64,000 nt of DNA from NCBI GenBank assembly GCA_036918135.1, contig JBALDB010000015.1:192001-256000 (forward strand), in the 5' to 3' direction. Position numbers and translations under genes: made by a program. Source of the DNA: Nostoc sp. Lineage in GTDB: Bacteria; Cyanobacteriota; Cyanobacteriia; Cyanobacteriales; Nostocaceae. Shown one piece after another: positions 1 to 8,711 of this stretch; within the stretch, counting starts at the first letter, position 1; each line of letters begins with the position of its first letter. A model generated the notes under the pieces. The model was given only the letters and a program-made list of their open reading frames with translations, had not been told where the DNA came from and made no database searches.

Positions 1-1
1 T

Positions 2-577
2 AATGTAGTAGATAATACTTTACCGAAAGATGAAGACGGTATATTACATCAGGGTCATCGTTTACCATTAGAACGACAATTGCGTCGTCGTCCAGCGGCA
101 ATGCCACCGCCAAAACGCCGGGTAACTCTGCAAGAGTTAATCGAGCAATTACAGATTATGGCCAACCAGCTCAAACTTGTAGACAAAACCAGTAAACCTG
201 TCCGTCCCAAGCGTCAGCCTAGCATCCAAAGTATGCGCGAGGCTCTAGAACTGGCTCACCAAGAAAATTTAACACAAGTAGCTGGAGAACTTGAGCAGGT
301 AATGAAATTATCTACTAAAGAGCTATGTTTAGAAGAAAATTGCTTAAGTTTAGAACAACTTGTGCAGTTGTGGACTCAGACAAGACAATCATCTCAAAAC
401 GGGTCTGGACATCAGTCTAAACACTCTCACCTAGTTAGCGTTTTCTGGGCGCTATTACTACTCTCAGCTCAATCCAAGGTAGAGCTATTTCAAGAGGAAT
501 TTTATGATGAGATTAAAGTTCGCTTACTTACAGATTCGGCCAATACCTGTAAACCTTTTGAGCAATCAATGAACTAA
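2..577 (+). CDS. scpA: Segregation/condensation protein A (kleisin), 3' part; gene begins before the window
   Basis: The frame of ORF 80..577 is open back to position 2. RRVTLQELIEQL and the C-terminal VFWALLLLSAQSKVELFQEEFY match the ScpA winged-helix end. Confidence 0.8.
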   Translation, partial: NVVDNTLPKDEDGILHQGHRLPLERQLRRRPAAMPPPKRRVTLQELIEQLQIMANQLKLVDKTSKPVRPKRQPSIQSMREALELAHQENLTQVAGELEQVMKLSTKELCLEENCLSLEQLVQLWTQTRQSSQNGSGHQSKHSHLVSVFWALLLLSAQSKVELFQEEFYDEIKVRLLTDSANTCKPFEQSMN

Positions 578-615
578 GGAAGCCAAAACTGCCTTTATAA
601 ATGAATGTCACTTAC

Positions 616-715
616 TATAGCCGTAGTCACACCCTTAAGGACATAATGACAGTTAGGAACAGTAATAGTTTTACCTCCAGCAAGAACTGCCTTCTCTCTC
701 CTGCCTCCTGCTATA
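616..715. mobile_element. ~100-bp miniature element bounded by TATAGC...GCTATA (copy 1, reverse orientation)
   Basis: Its reverse complement aligns with 13039..13144 and 57507..57615 (tatagcaggaggca...gtaaaactattactgtt...gtcct...tgactac(a/g)gctata). Confidence 0.75.
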
Positions 716-729
716 AATTCGCTGGATTT

Positions 730-761
730 AGATCCCCGACTCTTGAATAAATCAGGGATCT
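730..761. repeat. Short imperfect palindrome AGATCCCCGA...TCAGGGATCT
   Basis: Imperfect inverted repeat in intergenic DNA downstream of scpA. Confidence 0.5.
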
Positions 762-858
762 GGGCAACAACATTTACTTGAGTAAATATTATTTATCTAT
801 AGAGATAATTAACAGATTTTTGCTTCAGCCCCAAAATCCGAGTAAATTGAAAAGATAA

Positions 859-866
859 GCGATCGC
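859..866. repeat. HIP1 octamer GCGATCGC (one example of dozens across the window)
   Basis: GCGATCGC recurs in coding and intergenic DNA, e.g. also at 3289, 12369 and 16210. It is a cyanobacterial hallmark. Confidence 0.95.
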
Positions 867-1013
867 TTGTCATCTAAGTGTACCTATGGTTGCAATAACC
901 ACTAAATTACTGTTATCCCTGTTTGGAGGGATAACTTACAGCAGAAATAAAAACTGATGATTAAGTATCACCCGATGAAAGTAAACTGGCTTGTGGTTGA
1001 GGAATAAACTTTT

Positions 1014-2183
1014 ATGAAAGCGATGATTCTCGCAGCTGGTAAGGGTACTCGCGTGCGTCCGATTACGTACACTATGCCCAAACCGATGATGCCCATCCTG
1101 CAAAAGCCAGTGATGGAATTCTTGCTGGAACTATTACGCCAACATGGATTTGACCAAATTCTGGTTAATGTTAGTCATTTGGCTGAGGAAATAGAAAACT
1201 ATTTTCGTGACGGTCAGCGGTTTGGCGTACAAATTGCCTATTCTTTTGAAGGGAAAATAGATGACGACGGTAAACTAGTAGGCGAAGCCATTGGTTCAGC
1301 TGGAGGAATGCGGCGCATTCAAGACTTTTCACCGTTTTTTGATGATACTTTTATCGTGTTGTGCGGTGATGCTTTGATTGACCTAGATTTAACTGCGGCA
1401 GTTAAATGGCATAGAGATAAAGGGTCGATCGCTACTATTATTACAAAATCTGTCCCCAAGGAAGAAGTTTCTAGCTACGGTGTGGTTGTTACTGACGAAG
1501 AAGGTCGCGTGAAAGCTTTCCAAGAAAAACCTTCAACTGAAGAAGCCCTCAGTACCAACATCAACACAGGTATTTATATCTTTGAACCAGAGGTATTTAA
1601 CTATATTCCTTCTGGCGTTGAGTATGACATTGGTAGCCAATTGTTCCCTAAATTAGTGGAAATCAAAGCTCCCTTTCATGCCATCCCTATGGACTTTGAA
1701 TGGGTAGATATTGGTAAAGTACCAGATTATTGGCGGGCAATTCGCGGTGTACTGCTAGGTGAAATCAAAAATGTGCAAATTCCTGGTCATGAAGTTGCCC
1801 CTGGGATCTACACTGGTTTAAATGTTGCTGTCGATTGGGACAAAGTAGAGATCGCAGGCCCAGTTTATATTGGTGGGATGACAAGAATAGAAGACGGAGC
1901 TAAAATTGTCGGCCCAGCAATGATTGGCCCCAATTGTTGGATATGTAGTGGCGCAACAGTAGAAAACAGCGTGATTTTTGAATGGTCGCGCCTCGGCCCC
2001 GGAGTCCGCTTAGTAGATAAGTTAGTGTTTGGACGTTACTGCGTCGATAAAACTGGCGCTGCAATTGATGTTCAAGCCGCAGCTTTAGACTGGCTGATTA
2101 CCGATGCCCGTCAGACATTACCATCCCATACCCCTCTTGAGCGACAAGCAATAGAGGAATTACTGGGGACAAGCGCGAATTAG
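1014..2183 (+). CDS. cugP: Sugar-phosphate nucleotidyltransferase, cyanobacterial UDP-glucose pyrophosphorylase (CugP) type
   Basis: MKAMILAAGKGTRVRPIT...PKP motif, FQEKP, WVDIG and a C-terminal left-handed beta-helix; 389 aa. GAGGA RBS upstream. Confidence 0.8.
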   Translation: MKAMILAAGKGTRVRPITYTMPKPMMPILQKPVMEFLLELLRQHGFDQILVNVSHLAEEIENYFRDGQRFGVQIAYSFEGKIDDDGKLVGEAIGSAGGMRRIQDFSPFFDDTFIVLCGDALIDLDLTAAVKWHRDKGSIATIITKSVPKEEVSSYGVVVTDEEGRVKAFQEKPSTEEALSTNINTGIYIFEPEVFNYIPSGVEYDIGSQLFPKLVEIKAPFHAIPMDFEWVDIGKVPDYWRAIRGVLLGEIKNVQIPGHEVAPGIYTGLNVAVDWDKVEIAGPVYIGGMTRIEDGAKIVGPAMIGPNCWICSGATVENSVIFEWSRLGPGVRLVDKLVFGRYCVDKTGAAIDVQAAALDWLITDARQTLPSHTPLERQAIEELLGTSAN

Positions 2184-2418
2184 GGAATGGGGCATTGGGC
2201 AAACAGGAAGTGTGGGAGGAAAAGGAGGTGTGGGAGGATGGGGAAGAAAAGGAGGTGTGGGAGGAAAAGGGGGTGTGGGAGGATAGGGAAGAAATCTTTC
2301 CCCCCTTTCTCCCCACACTCCCCCATCTCCTCATCTTTTCCCCCATCTCCACACACTCCCTACACTCCCCACACTTCCCACACTTCCCACACTTCCCATC
2401 TCTCTATTCCCCAATCCC
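2184..2418. repeat. Purine-rich arm followed by pyrimidine-rich arm of short tandem repeats (STRR-type) between convergent cugP and speA
   Basis: GAGGTGTGGGAGGA-type repeats followed by CCCACACTT/CCCCACACT repeats. The two arms are roughly complementary. Confidence 0.85.
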
Positions 2419-4433
2419 TAACTATTTAAATACGTATATCTTCTAAGACTTTGTTCGTAGGTTTGTAGTAGTCGCTGAGACTCTGCTAGAGTAATGCGCT
2501 TTTCCTCTAAAGCTTGTTCGCAGCGTTGGCGAATGTTTTCTACCATATCTTCGGAGTCATACTGAACGTAGCTGACTACTTCGCTCATAGTGTCGCCTTT
2601 GACTACGTGTTCGATTTGGTAGCCTTTAGGCGTCAATTGGATGTGAACGGCATTGGTATCGCCGAATAAATTGTGCAAATTACCCATGATTTCCTGGTAA
2701 GCTCCATTGAGGAACATGCCCAAATAATAGGGTTCTCCTGCTTTGTATGGGTGGAGTTCTAAAACCGATTTGACATCCCGCAGGTCAATAAAGCGGTCGA
2801 TTTTACCATCACTGTCGCAGGTAAGGTCTGCTAAAATTCCCCGCCGTGTTGGTTCTTTATCCAAGCGGTGGATTGGCATGATCGGAAATAGCTGGTCGAT
2901 CGCCCAGCAATCTGGTGCTGATTGGAACACTGACATATTTACGTAATAGATGGAAGCCATGATTTTCTCTAAGTCTTCCAACTCATCTGGTACGTATTCT
3001 TGCTGTCTGGTAATGTTTAAAATCTTTTGACAACAAGCCCAGTAAAGCCGTTCGGCTTTTGCTCGTTCTCTAAGACGTAAAATTCCCAAGTTAAAGCGGC
3101 TGATGGCTTCTTCTTTGAATTGTGCTGCGTCGTGGTACAGTTCTTGGTAATTTTCTTTGTTAATCGATTGGTAGCTTTCCCAAAGGTAATTAATGATTGG
3201 GGATTCTCCCTCTTGTGGTGGTTCTGGCGGATCGAGGGGGACATCACTGGTACTGAGAACGTCAAAAATCAATACCGACTGATGAGAAGCGATCGCTCGT
3301 CCACTTTCACTAATCAGTGTTGGTACGCTAATTTGTCGTTCTGCACAAGTATCTTTTAACTCTGCTACAATGTCGTTGGCATAGTTCTGCATGTTGTAAT
3401 TTTTTGATGCGTAGAAGTTGGTTTGGGAACCGTCGTAATCTACACCCAAGCCACCACCTACATCGAGGTATTTCATGTCTGCACCTAGCATCGCCAATTC
3501 GACGTAAATACGGCTGGCTTCTTGGATGGCATCTTTAATCACATTAATGGCAGATATTTGTGAGCCGATATGGAAGTGCATCAACTGTAAAGAATCCAGC
3601 AGTTTAGCATCCCGTAGCTTATCAACTGCCTCGATTACCTCAGGCATAGTCAAACCAAATTTAGCGCGATCGCCGCTGGAGGTTCCCCAACGTCCCATAC
3701 CTTGGGTACTGAGTTTTGCCCGAACGCCCAAAATCGGCTTAATACCTAACTGGCGGTTGGCTGCAATTACCAAATCCACCTCTTCAATCTGTTCTATAAC
3801 GATGATTGGTGTTTGCCCTAGTCTTTGGGCTAACATTGCGGTTTCAATGTATTCCTGGTCTTTGTAGCCATTGCAAACTAATAATGCTCCCGGCGTATCC
3901 AAGATGGCTAGAGCAATCATTAATTCCGGCTTGGAACCGGCTTCTAAACCAAATTGATGCGGCTTGCCAAATTTGACTAAATCCTCAATCAAATGCCGCT
4001 CTTGGTTGCACTTGACAGGAAACACGCCACGATAAACACCAGGGTAATTGTAACGAGCGATCGCTTTGGCAAAACAAGCATTCAACCGCTCAATTCGGTC
4101 TTCTAAAATATCAGAAAAGCGAATTAGCATGGGTAGTCCCAAGTTGCGCTGCTTCAAGGCGTTGACTAATTCAAACAAATCTAGAGAACCCCCACGATCG
4201 CCTTTAGGCGCAACAGTGACATGACCAGCAGCGTTAATGGAAAAATAAGGTTGTCCCCAACCTTCAATGCGATACAAGGCTTCGCTATCCTCGATTTTCC
4301 AAGAGTGAGGTAAATCTCCTGTGGTAGTACTAGGTGGTAAAAAGTTTTTTTGCTTATGATTTTTCACTTCAGATTTATGTCCATTGGACGGTAGTACTAC
4401 CTCGTCAGATGCAGCAGTTGACTCAACACCCAT
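2418..4433 (-). CDS. speA: Biosynthetic arginine decarboxylase
   Basis: FPVKCNQ (PLP lysine), GLEAGSKPEL, HFHIGSQI, DVGGGLGVDYDG, LTCDSDG, GAYQEIMG. Confidence 0.97.
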   Translation of the reverse strand: MGVESTAASDEVVLPSNGHKSEVKNHKQKNFLPPSTTTGDLPHSWKIEDSEALYRIEGWGQPYFSINAAGHVTVAPKGDRGGSLDLFELVNALKQRNLGLPMLIRFSDILEDRIERLNACFAKAIARYNYPGVYRGVFPVKCNQERHLIEDLVKFGKPHQFGLEAGSKPELMIALAILDTPGALLVCNGYKDQEYIETAMLAQRLGQTPIIVIEQIEEVDLVIAANRQLGIKPILGVRAKLSTQGMGRWGTSSGDRAKFGLTMPEVIEAVDKLRDAKLLDSLQLMHFHIGSQISAINVIKDAIQEASRIYVELAMLGADMKYLDVGGGLGVDYDGSQTNFYASKNYNMQNYANDIVAELKDTCAERQISVPTLISESGRAIASHQSVLIFDVLSTSDVPLDPPEPPQEGESPIINYLWESYQSINKENYQELYHDAAQFKEEAISRFNLGILRLRERAKAERLYWACCQKILNITRQQEYVPDELEDLEKIMASIYYVNMSVFQSAPDCWAIDQLFPIMPIHRLDKEPTRRGILADLTCDSDGKIDRFIDLRDVKSVLELHPYKAGEPYYLGMFLNGAYQEIMGNLHNLFGDTNAVHIQLTPKGYQIEHVVKGDTMSEVVSYVQYDSEDMVENIRQRCEQALEEKRITLAESQRLLQTYEQSLRRYTYLNS

Positions 4434-4699
4434 TTCTTCCTAACCTCTGTGTTTCACCCACGAATTAACAATTTAGCGCATTCGTCTAGCAACAGATATG
4501 CACCCAAGGTTAATTTCTGAGATAAACTCTGATTGGTCAAGAGTCATGTGTTATTAGTCATTAGTCATAGTCATGAGTGCAAAACCCTGGGACAAAGGAC
4601 GAAGGACAAACAGTGAAGTCACCAGCGCCAAAAGCCTACGCTGATAACTTCAAAGACAATTGACCAAATAAAAACTTTACTAAGTTTTGGGAGATAGCT

Positions 4700-5149
4700 T
4701 TGGAACGCACATTCTTAGCAATTAAACCTGATGGTGTACAGCGCAAATTAGTAGGTGAAATTGTTCGTCGCTTTGAAACTAAGGGTTTTACCTTAGTTGG
4801 TTTGAAGTTTCTGAAAGTCAGTCGGGAATTAGCTGAACAACACTATGATGTCCACCGAGAACGTCCATTTTTTGGTGGCTTAGTGGAATTTATTACTTCT
4901 GCGCCTGTAGTGGCGATGGTATGGGAAGGAGATGGCGTCGTTGCGGCTGCCAGAAAAATCATTGGTGCAACAAACCCTTTATCAGCCGAACCAGGAACAA
5001 TTCGCGGCGATTTTGGCATAAATATTGGCCGCAACTTGATCCACGGTTCCGATGCTCAAGAAACCGCCCAACGAGAAATAGCTTTGTGGTTTAAGGATGA
5101 AGAATTAGTTAATTGGCAACCGCATTTAACACCCTGGTTGCACGAGTAG
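4700..5149 (+). CDS. ndk: Nucleoside-diphosphate kinase (TTG start)
   Basis: [36 protein letters not shown] upstream. Confidence 0.97.
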   Translation: MERTFLAIKPDGVQRKLVGEIVRRFETKGFTLVGLKFLKVSRELAEQHYDVHRERPFFGGLVEFITSAPVVAMVWEGDGVVAAARKIIGATNPLSAEPGTIRGDFGINIGRNLIHGSDAQETAQREIALWFKDEELVNWQPHLTPWLHE

Positions 5150-5282
5150 GAAGAGGCGAAGAGGACATAGAAACGAGGAGACACGGGAACGCGGGGAAGG
5201 AAGAGTATGTGCAGAGTGAAACACAAAGTGAAGCTTTTAAATAATTCTCCCCATCACCACGTCCCCGTGTCCCCGCGTCCTC

Positions 5283-6005
5283 TTACTTCGGTACTTCAGT
5301 CTTTTCTGGTTCTACTTGGGGTAATTCGATGTCAACACGCTTAGAAAATCCCCATCCTAAAATTAGGAAGATGGCTGTAATCATTACCCATTCTGGTGGG
5401 ACTAAACTATCGTTAACTACTTTTAAGAACAGTCGCAAGCCTACTAAAGCTACAGTTATATAGCCCGCATCTGCTAGATTTTCATATTCGTCTAGCCAAC
5501 GGATAAACAATCCTGCCATGAATCGCAGCGTAATAATACCAATTGTTGCACCCGTCAGCACTAACCACCTTTCTTGAGAAACAGCGATCGCAGTTGTTAC
5601 GCTATCTAACGAAAATGCTAAATCTGTAAATGCAATCACGGGTATAGCTTGCCACAAAGAGTTAAAACGCGGCCCGTGATGGCGATCGTCGCTGGTTTCT
5701 TGTGAGCTAAAGTGTTGGAATACTAGCCATAGCAGGTAAGCAGCGCCCAATAATTCAAATTGCCAGAATTTTTGTACCCAAGTGGCGGTAAGAATAAGGC
5801 TGATTCGCAGTACATAAGCAACAACTAAACCAAAGTTTAAAGCTTTACGCTCAAGTTCTTTGTCTTCTAACCCTTGGGCGATAGCAGCCAAGGCGATGGC
5901 ATTGTCAGCAGATAGCACCGCCTCTAAAAACACTAAGATTAGCAGGACTATCGGGGCTTCAACGCTGAAATGAAAGTGGAGGTAATCAAAAATTCGGTCT
6001 AGCAT
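5283..6005 (-). CDS. TerC family membrane protein
   Basis: LEAVLSADNA and DLAFSLDSV motifs with multiple TM helices. ATG at 6005 is preferred over the longer ORF start. Confidence 0.9.
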   Translation of the reverse strand: MLDRIFDYLHFHFSVEAPIVLLILVFLEAVLSADNAIALAAIAQGLEDKELERKALNFGLVVAYVLRISLILTATWVQKFWQFELLGAAYLLWLVFQHFSSQETSDDRHHGPRFNSLWQAIPVIAFTDLAFSLDSVTTAIAVSQERWLVLTGATIGIITLRFMAGLFIRWLDEYENLADAGYITVALVGLRLFLKVVNDSLVPPEWVMITAIFLILGWGFSKRVDIELPQVEPEKTEVPK

Positions 6006-6366
6006 TCCAAGTTTCTCAAGCAGGAAAAAATTAAAATTTGACAGGAACAGAGATTTTCTTATTTCAAGAGCGCAATAAATTGCCACTTTTAATCCAGCTT
6101 AACCTGGTTGTGATGCATTCTGAAGTGGGTTGGATAGATGCGAGCGCCGTACAAAGTATATATTTATGGTGTAAGTTAATACACTACAAGTTTTAATATT
6201 TTTCTTAATGTGATGTCAAAAATAATAAGTAATACCAATTCAAAATTCACGCATTAAGAAAGCCAGACAGAACAAAGGTATGTCTGTATGTATCTGTCGC
6301 ATTCTTTTTTCAAATTGGTGTAAACTAGGGCTTTAATTCATAAAACTTATTTTCAACTTATGAATT

Positions 6367-6393
6367 AACGAGTTTTAGTCACTAAAACTCGTT
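6367..6393. terminator. Perfect hairpin downstream of the transglutaminase-like gene
   Basis: AACGAGTTTTAG-TCA-CTAAAACTCGTT, a 12-bp perfect stem. Confidence 0.5.
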
Positions 6394-6456
6394 CTGGAGT
6401 TATAAATGCTTCTTCTGTAGTTATAAGTAGATCGACTTAATTAGACATAAAACAAT

Positions 6457-6510
6457 AGTAGGGTGGAATGTCACTCATTTAAGTTTTTCTATTTGTTCTT
6501 CCACTCTACT
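6457..6510. repeat. GTAG-type REP-like inverted repeat
   Basis: AGTAGGGTGGAA...TTCCACTCTACT. Confidence 0.5.
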
Positions 6511-6551
6511 TACTGCTACTGGAACTTCTTTCCCATACCCAATGCCTTAAT

Positions 6552-8222
6552 TCAAAAAGGTGGTAATTCTTTAAGAATTGTAAACCGAATATGATTAATC
6601 GCCAGATCTCCTATGGGAATATCTTCTTTAGTTAACCGCGCACCTTGACTGGTTAAAGTTTCAAAGGAGATACCCTTACCAATTTCAATGTGATACCAGC
6701 ACAAGCCCATAAAAAAGCGTGTAGGATATGGCCCACCGTGACCCACATCATCAGGATTCGATTCCATTGGCAACCAACCAAAATTCGGTACGTAGAACTC
6801 TAGCCAAACATGATTAAAGTCAGGTTGTAATGGTACACCTTGGTGTTCGGCATTGGGAGGACATTTATACCTACCAACTGTGCGACAGGGAATACCATTC
6901 AAGCGGCATAGAGCGAGTAGAACACCAACATATTCACCACAGGAACCAACACCGCGTTCTAAAACTATATCAGGAGTATCTATATAAGGTTTGATACCAT
7001 AAGATAACTCATCATAGACATAATTACGGATATTATACATTTTCCGCAGCACATTGGTTTCAGAACCAATTGCTTCTCTGGCGGCACGTCGGACAATGGT
7101 AGTATCCATTGCTAAGTCGTCATCGTCCACTAGGTAGCGGGTTTGCAATTCTGGTGAAAGTTCCGGTATATTTTCCACATCTTTGGGTGTGATGCGATAC
7201 TTAATTCCCCTAACTTCTAGAAGTGCTTTCCAGCCAAATACATGACGTTCTCCTGGGGTAAGAGCATCAAATTTAAATACTGCGACACGTTGCCCATCTA
7301 CAACTTCTTCGGTGAAGGGTATACCAATGGGTTCAACATGTTTTACTTTTTGACGCTCGGTTTGAGATGGTAAAGCAATGCGCCATTCTACATTTGGTAA
7401 ATATACCTCATCTAAGGGAGCAATTTCTTCAGCATAGGACATTTCGATCAGATAGCCATTAGAGAGGGCGTAGCGCTTATCTGGTTCGTAATGATAATAC
7501 AGGGGGTGAATAAAAGTGCGATCGCGGTAGGTTAGCTCGTGATTTGGGTCAGCATTTGGGTTATCGCGGATATAAGGCTCCTCAGAGGCGTAGGCGACAT
7601 ACAGACTTTGTTTTCCTGTATCGCCATCAAGATGGATTGCTATACCCGTAGGCGATTCAAACGGAGTCAGAACACTGAATTTAAGTTCTCCAGTTGCCCT
7701 GTCCATTGCGTAAACTGTTTGTTCTGTGCGATCGCAAATCCACAACATTTCCTCACTAACTGCCAAATTTTCTACTCCAACTCCAGGAGCAGAAAATCTG
7801 GTAATTTCTTTTCGGGTTTCCCGGTCAAAAATCAGAATATAGCCTAACCTTTGACAGCTAATGTAGACTGTTGTTTCCCAAACAGCGACCCCGTTGGCAT
7901 CATAAGGCAATGTTACGAAATGTTCCAGACCCAAGGCATTGAGCTTACACAAATAAACACTGCGATCGCGACTCACCCACAGAGTATCTTCCCAAATCGC
8001 TAAACCAGTGACATCGCAAAATTCCTTAACTTGATGCGGATTGAGAATTTTACTGTTGTCAGAGGTGGGATCGATTTCCAGTAGATGCCCTTTTAAACTG
8101 TCAATGGCAATTAGTCTATCTTTCATGAAAGCAATACCGCAGAGGGTAGCAGCAGTAAGCGGTCGAATTGTTTTTTGCCCAAACATCTGGCTAGCAGTCA
8201 AAGTGGGGAGTACAAAACTCAT
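6552..8222 (-). CDS. Transglutaminase-like domain protein with N-terminal beta-propeller-like repeats
   Basis: C-terminal GSCGEY...LCRLNGIPCR...NHVWLEFY...GWLPME core. N-terminal repeats of G-(L/I/V)-A-x...L-W-(V/I). Confidence 0.8.
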   Translation of the reverse strand: MSFVLPTLTASQMFGQKTIRPLTAATLCGIAFMKDRLIAIDSLKGHLLEIDPTSDNSKILNPHQVKEFCDVTGLAIWEDTLWVSRDRSVYLCKLNALGLEHFVTLPYDANGVAVWETTVYISCQRLGYILIFDRETRKEITRFSAPGVGVENLAVSEEMLWICDRTEQTVYAMDRATGELKFSVLTPFESPTGIAIHLDGDTGKQSLYVAYASEEPYIRDNPNADPNHELTYRDRTFIHPLYYHYEPDKRYALSNGYLIEMSYAEEIAPLDEVYLPNVEWRIALPSQTERQKVKHVEPIGIPFTEEVVDGQRVAVFKFDALTPGERHVFGWKALLEVRGIKYRITPKDVENIPELSPELQTRYLVDDDDLAMDTTIVRRAAREAIGSETNVLRKMYNIRNYVYDELSYGIKPYIDTPDIVLERGVGSCGEYVGVLLALCRLNGIPCRTVGRYKCPPNAEHQGVPLQPDFNHVWLEFYVPNFGWLPMESNPDDVGHGGPYPTRFFMGLCWYHIEIGKGISFETLTSQGARLTKEDIPIGDLAINHIRFTILKELPPF

Positions 8223-8711
8223 ATTAAATATTTATTAAATGGTTTAGCACGTTTAAGCAGTTCCCAATTCGTTTAGAAAAGTTTGCTACAAACGGCAACC
8301 CGGCTGGCAACTTGACCTAATTCCAAATCAAGAAATGCGATGATGCCATGTATCCTGGCTAATAACTCGATGCAAGTTTAAGCAACAGCAGCCTAAAAAT
8401 AATTGTGGCATATCCTCTGTAACCTAACTTTAGATTTATATTACTTACTATTATTCAGTACAATGTGTTACCAAAAACTCTTTCATAAGAAATAACACAT
8501 ATATGTCAGCAGAAGAGAAATTTGCAAATCTAAATATAGGCTTGACTGTTGAGTGTTAACCGTCAATAGTCAACATTCAACCTGAAATTTTATCCTTTTT
8601 CCGGAATGGGATGAGTTGAAAAAGTTGAGTATTACCTTAATGTAACTTTAGAAGATGGTTTTCCAGTTATCACTAAATTATGATTATGATCGAATTTTGT
8701 AACCATTTCCT

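Noticed and set aside
2098..2446. ORFs 2098..2352, 2187..2429 and 2195..2446
   Set aside because: Low-complexity translations of the tandem repeat block.
6006..6230. yybP-ykoY manganese riboswitch upstream of the TerC gene (also sought upstream of the P-type ATPase)
   Set aside because: No recognisable conserved motif.
8458..8471. GTACAATGTGTTAC, an NtcA-like box
   Set aside because: Poor flanks and no TAN3T at 22 nt on either strand; expected by chance in AT-rich DNA.
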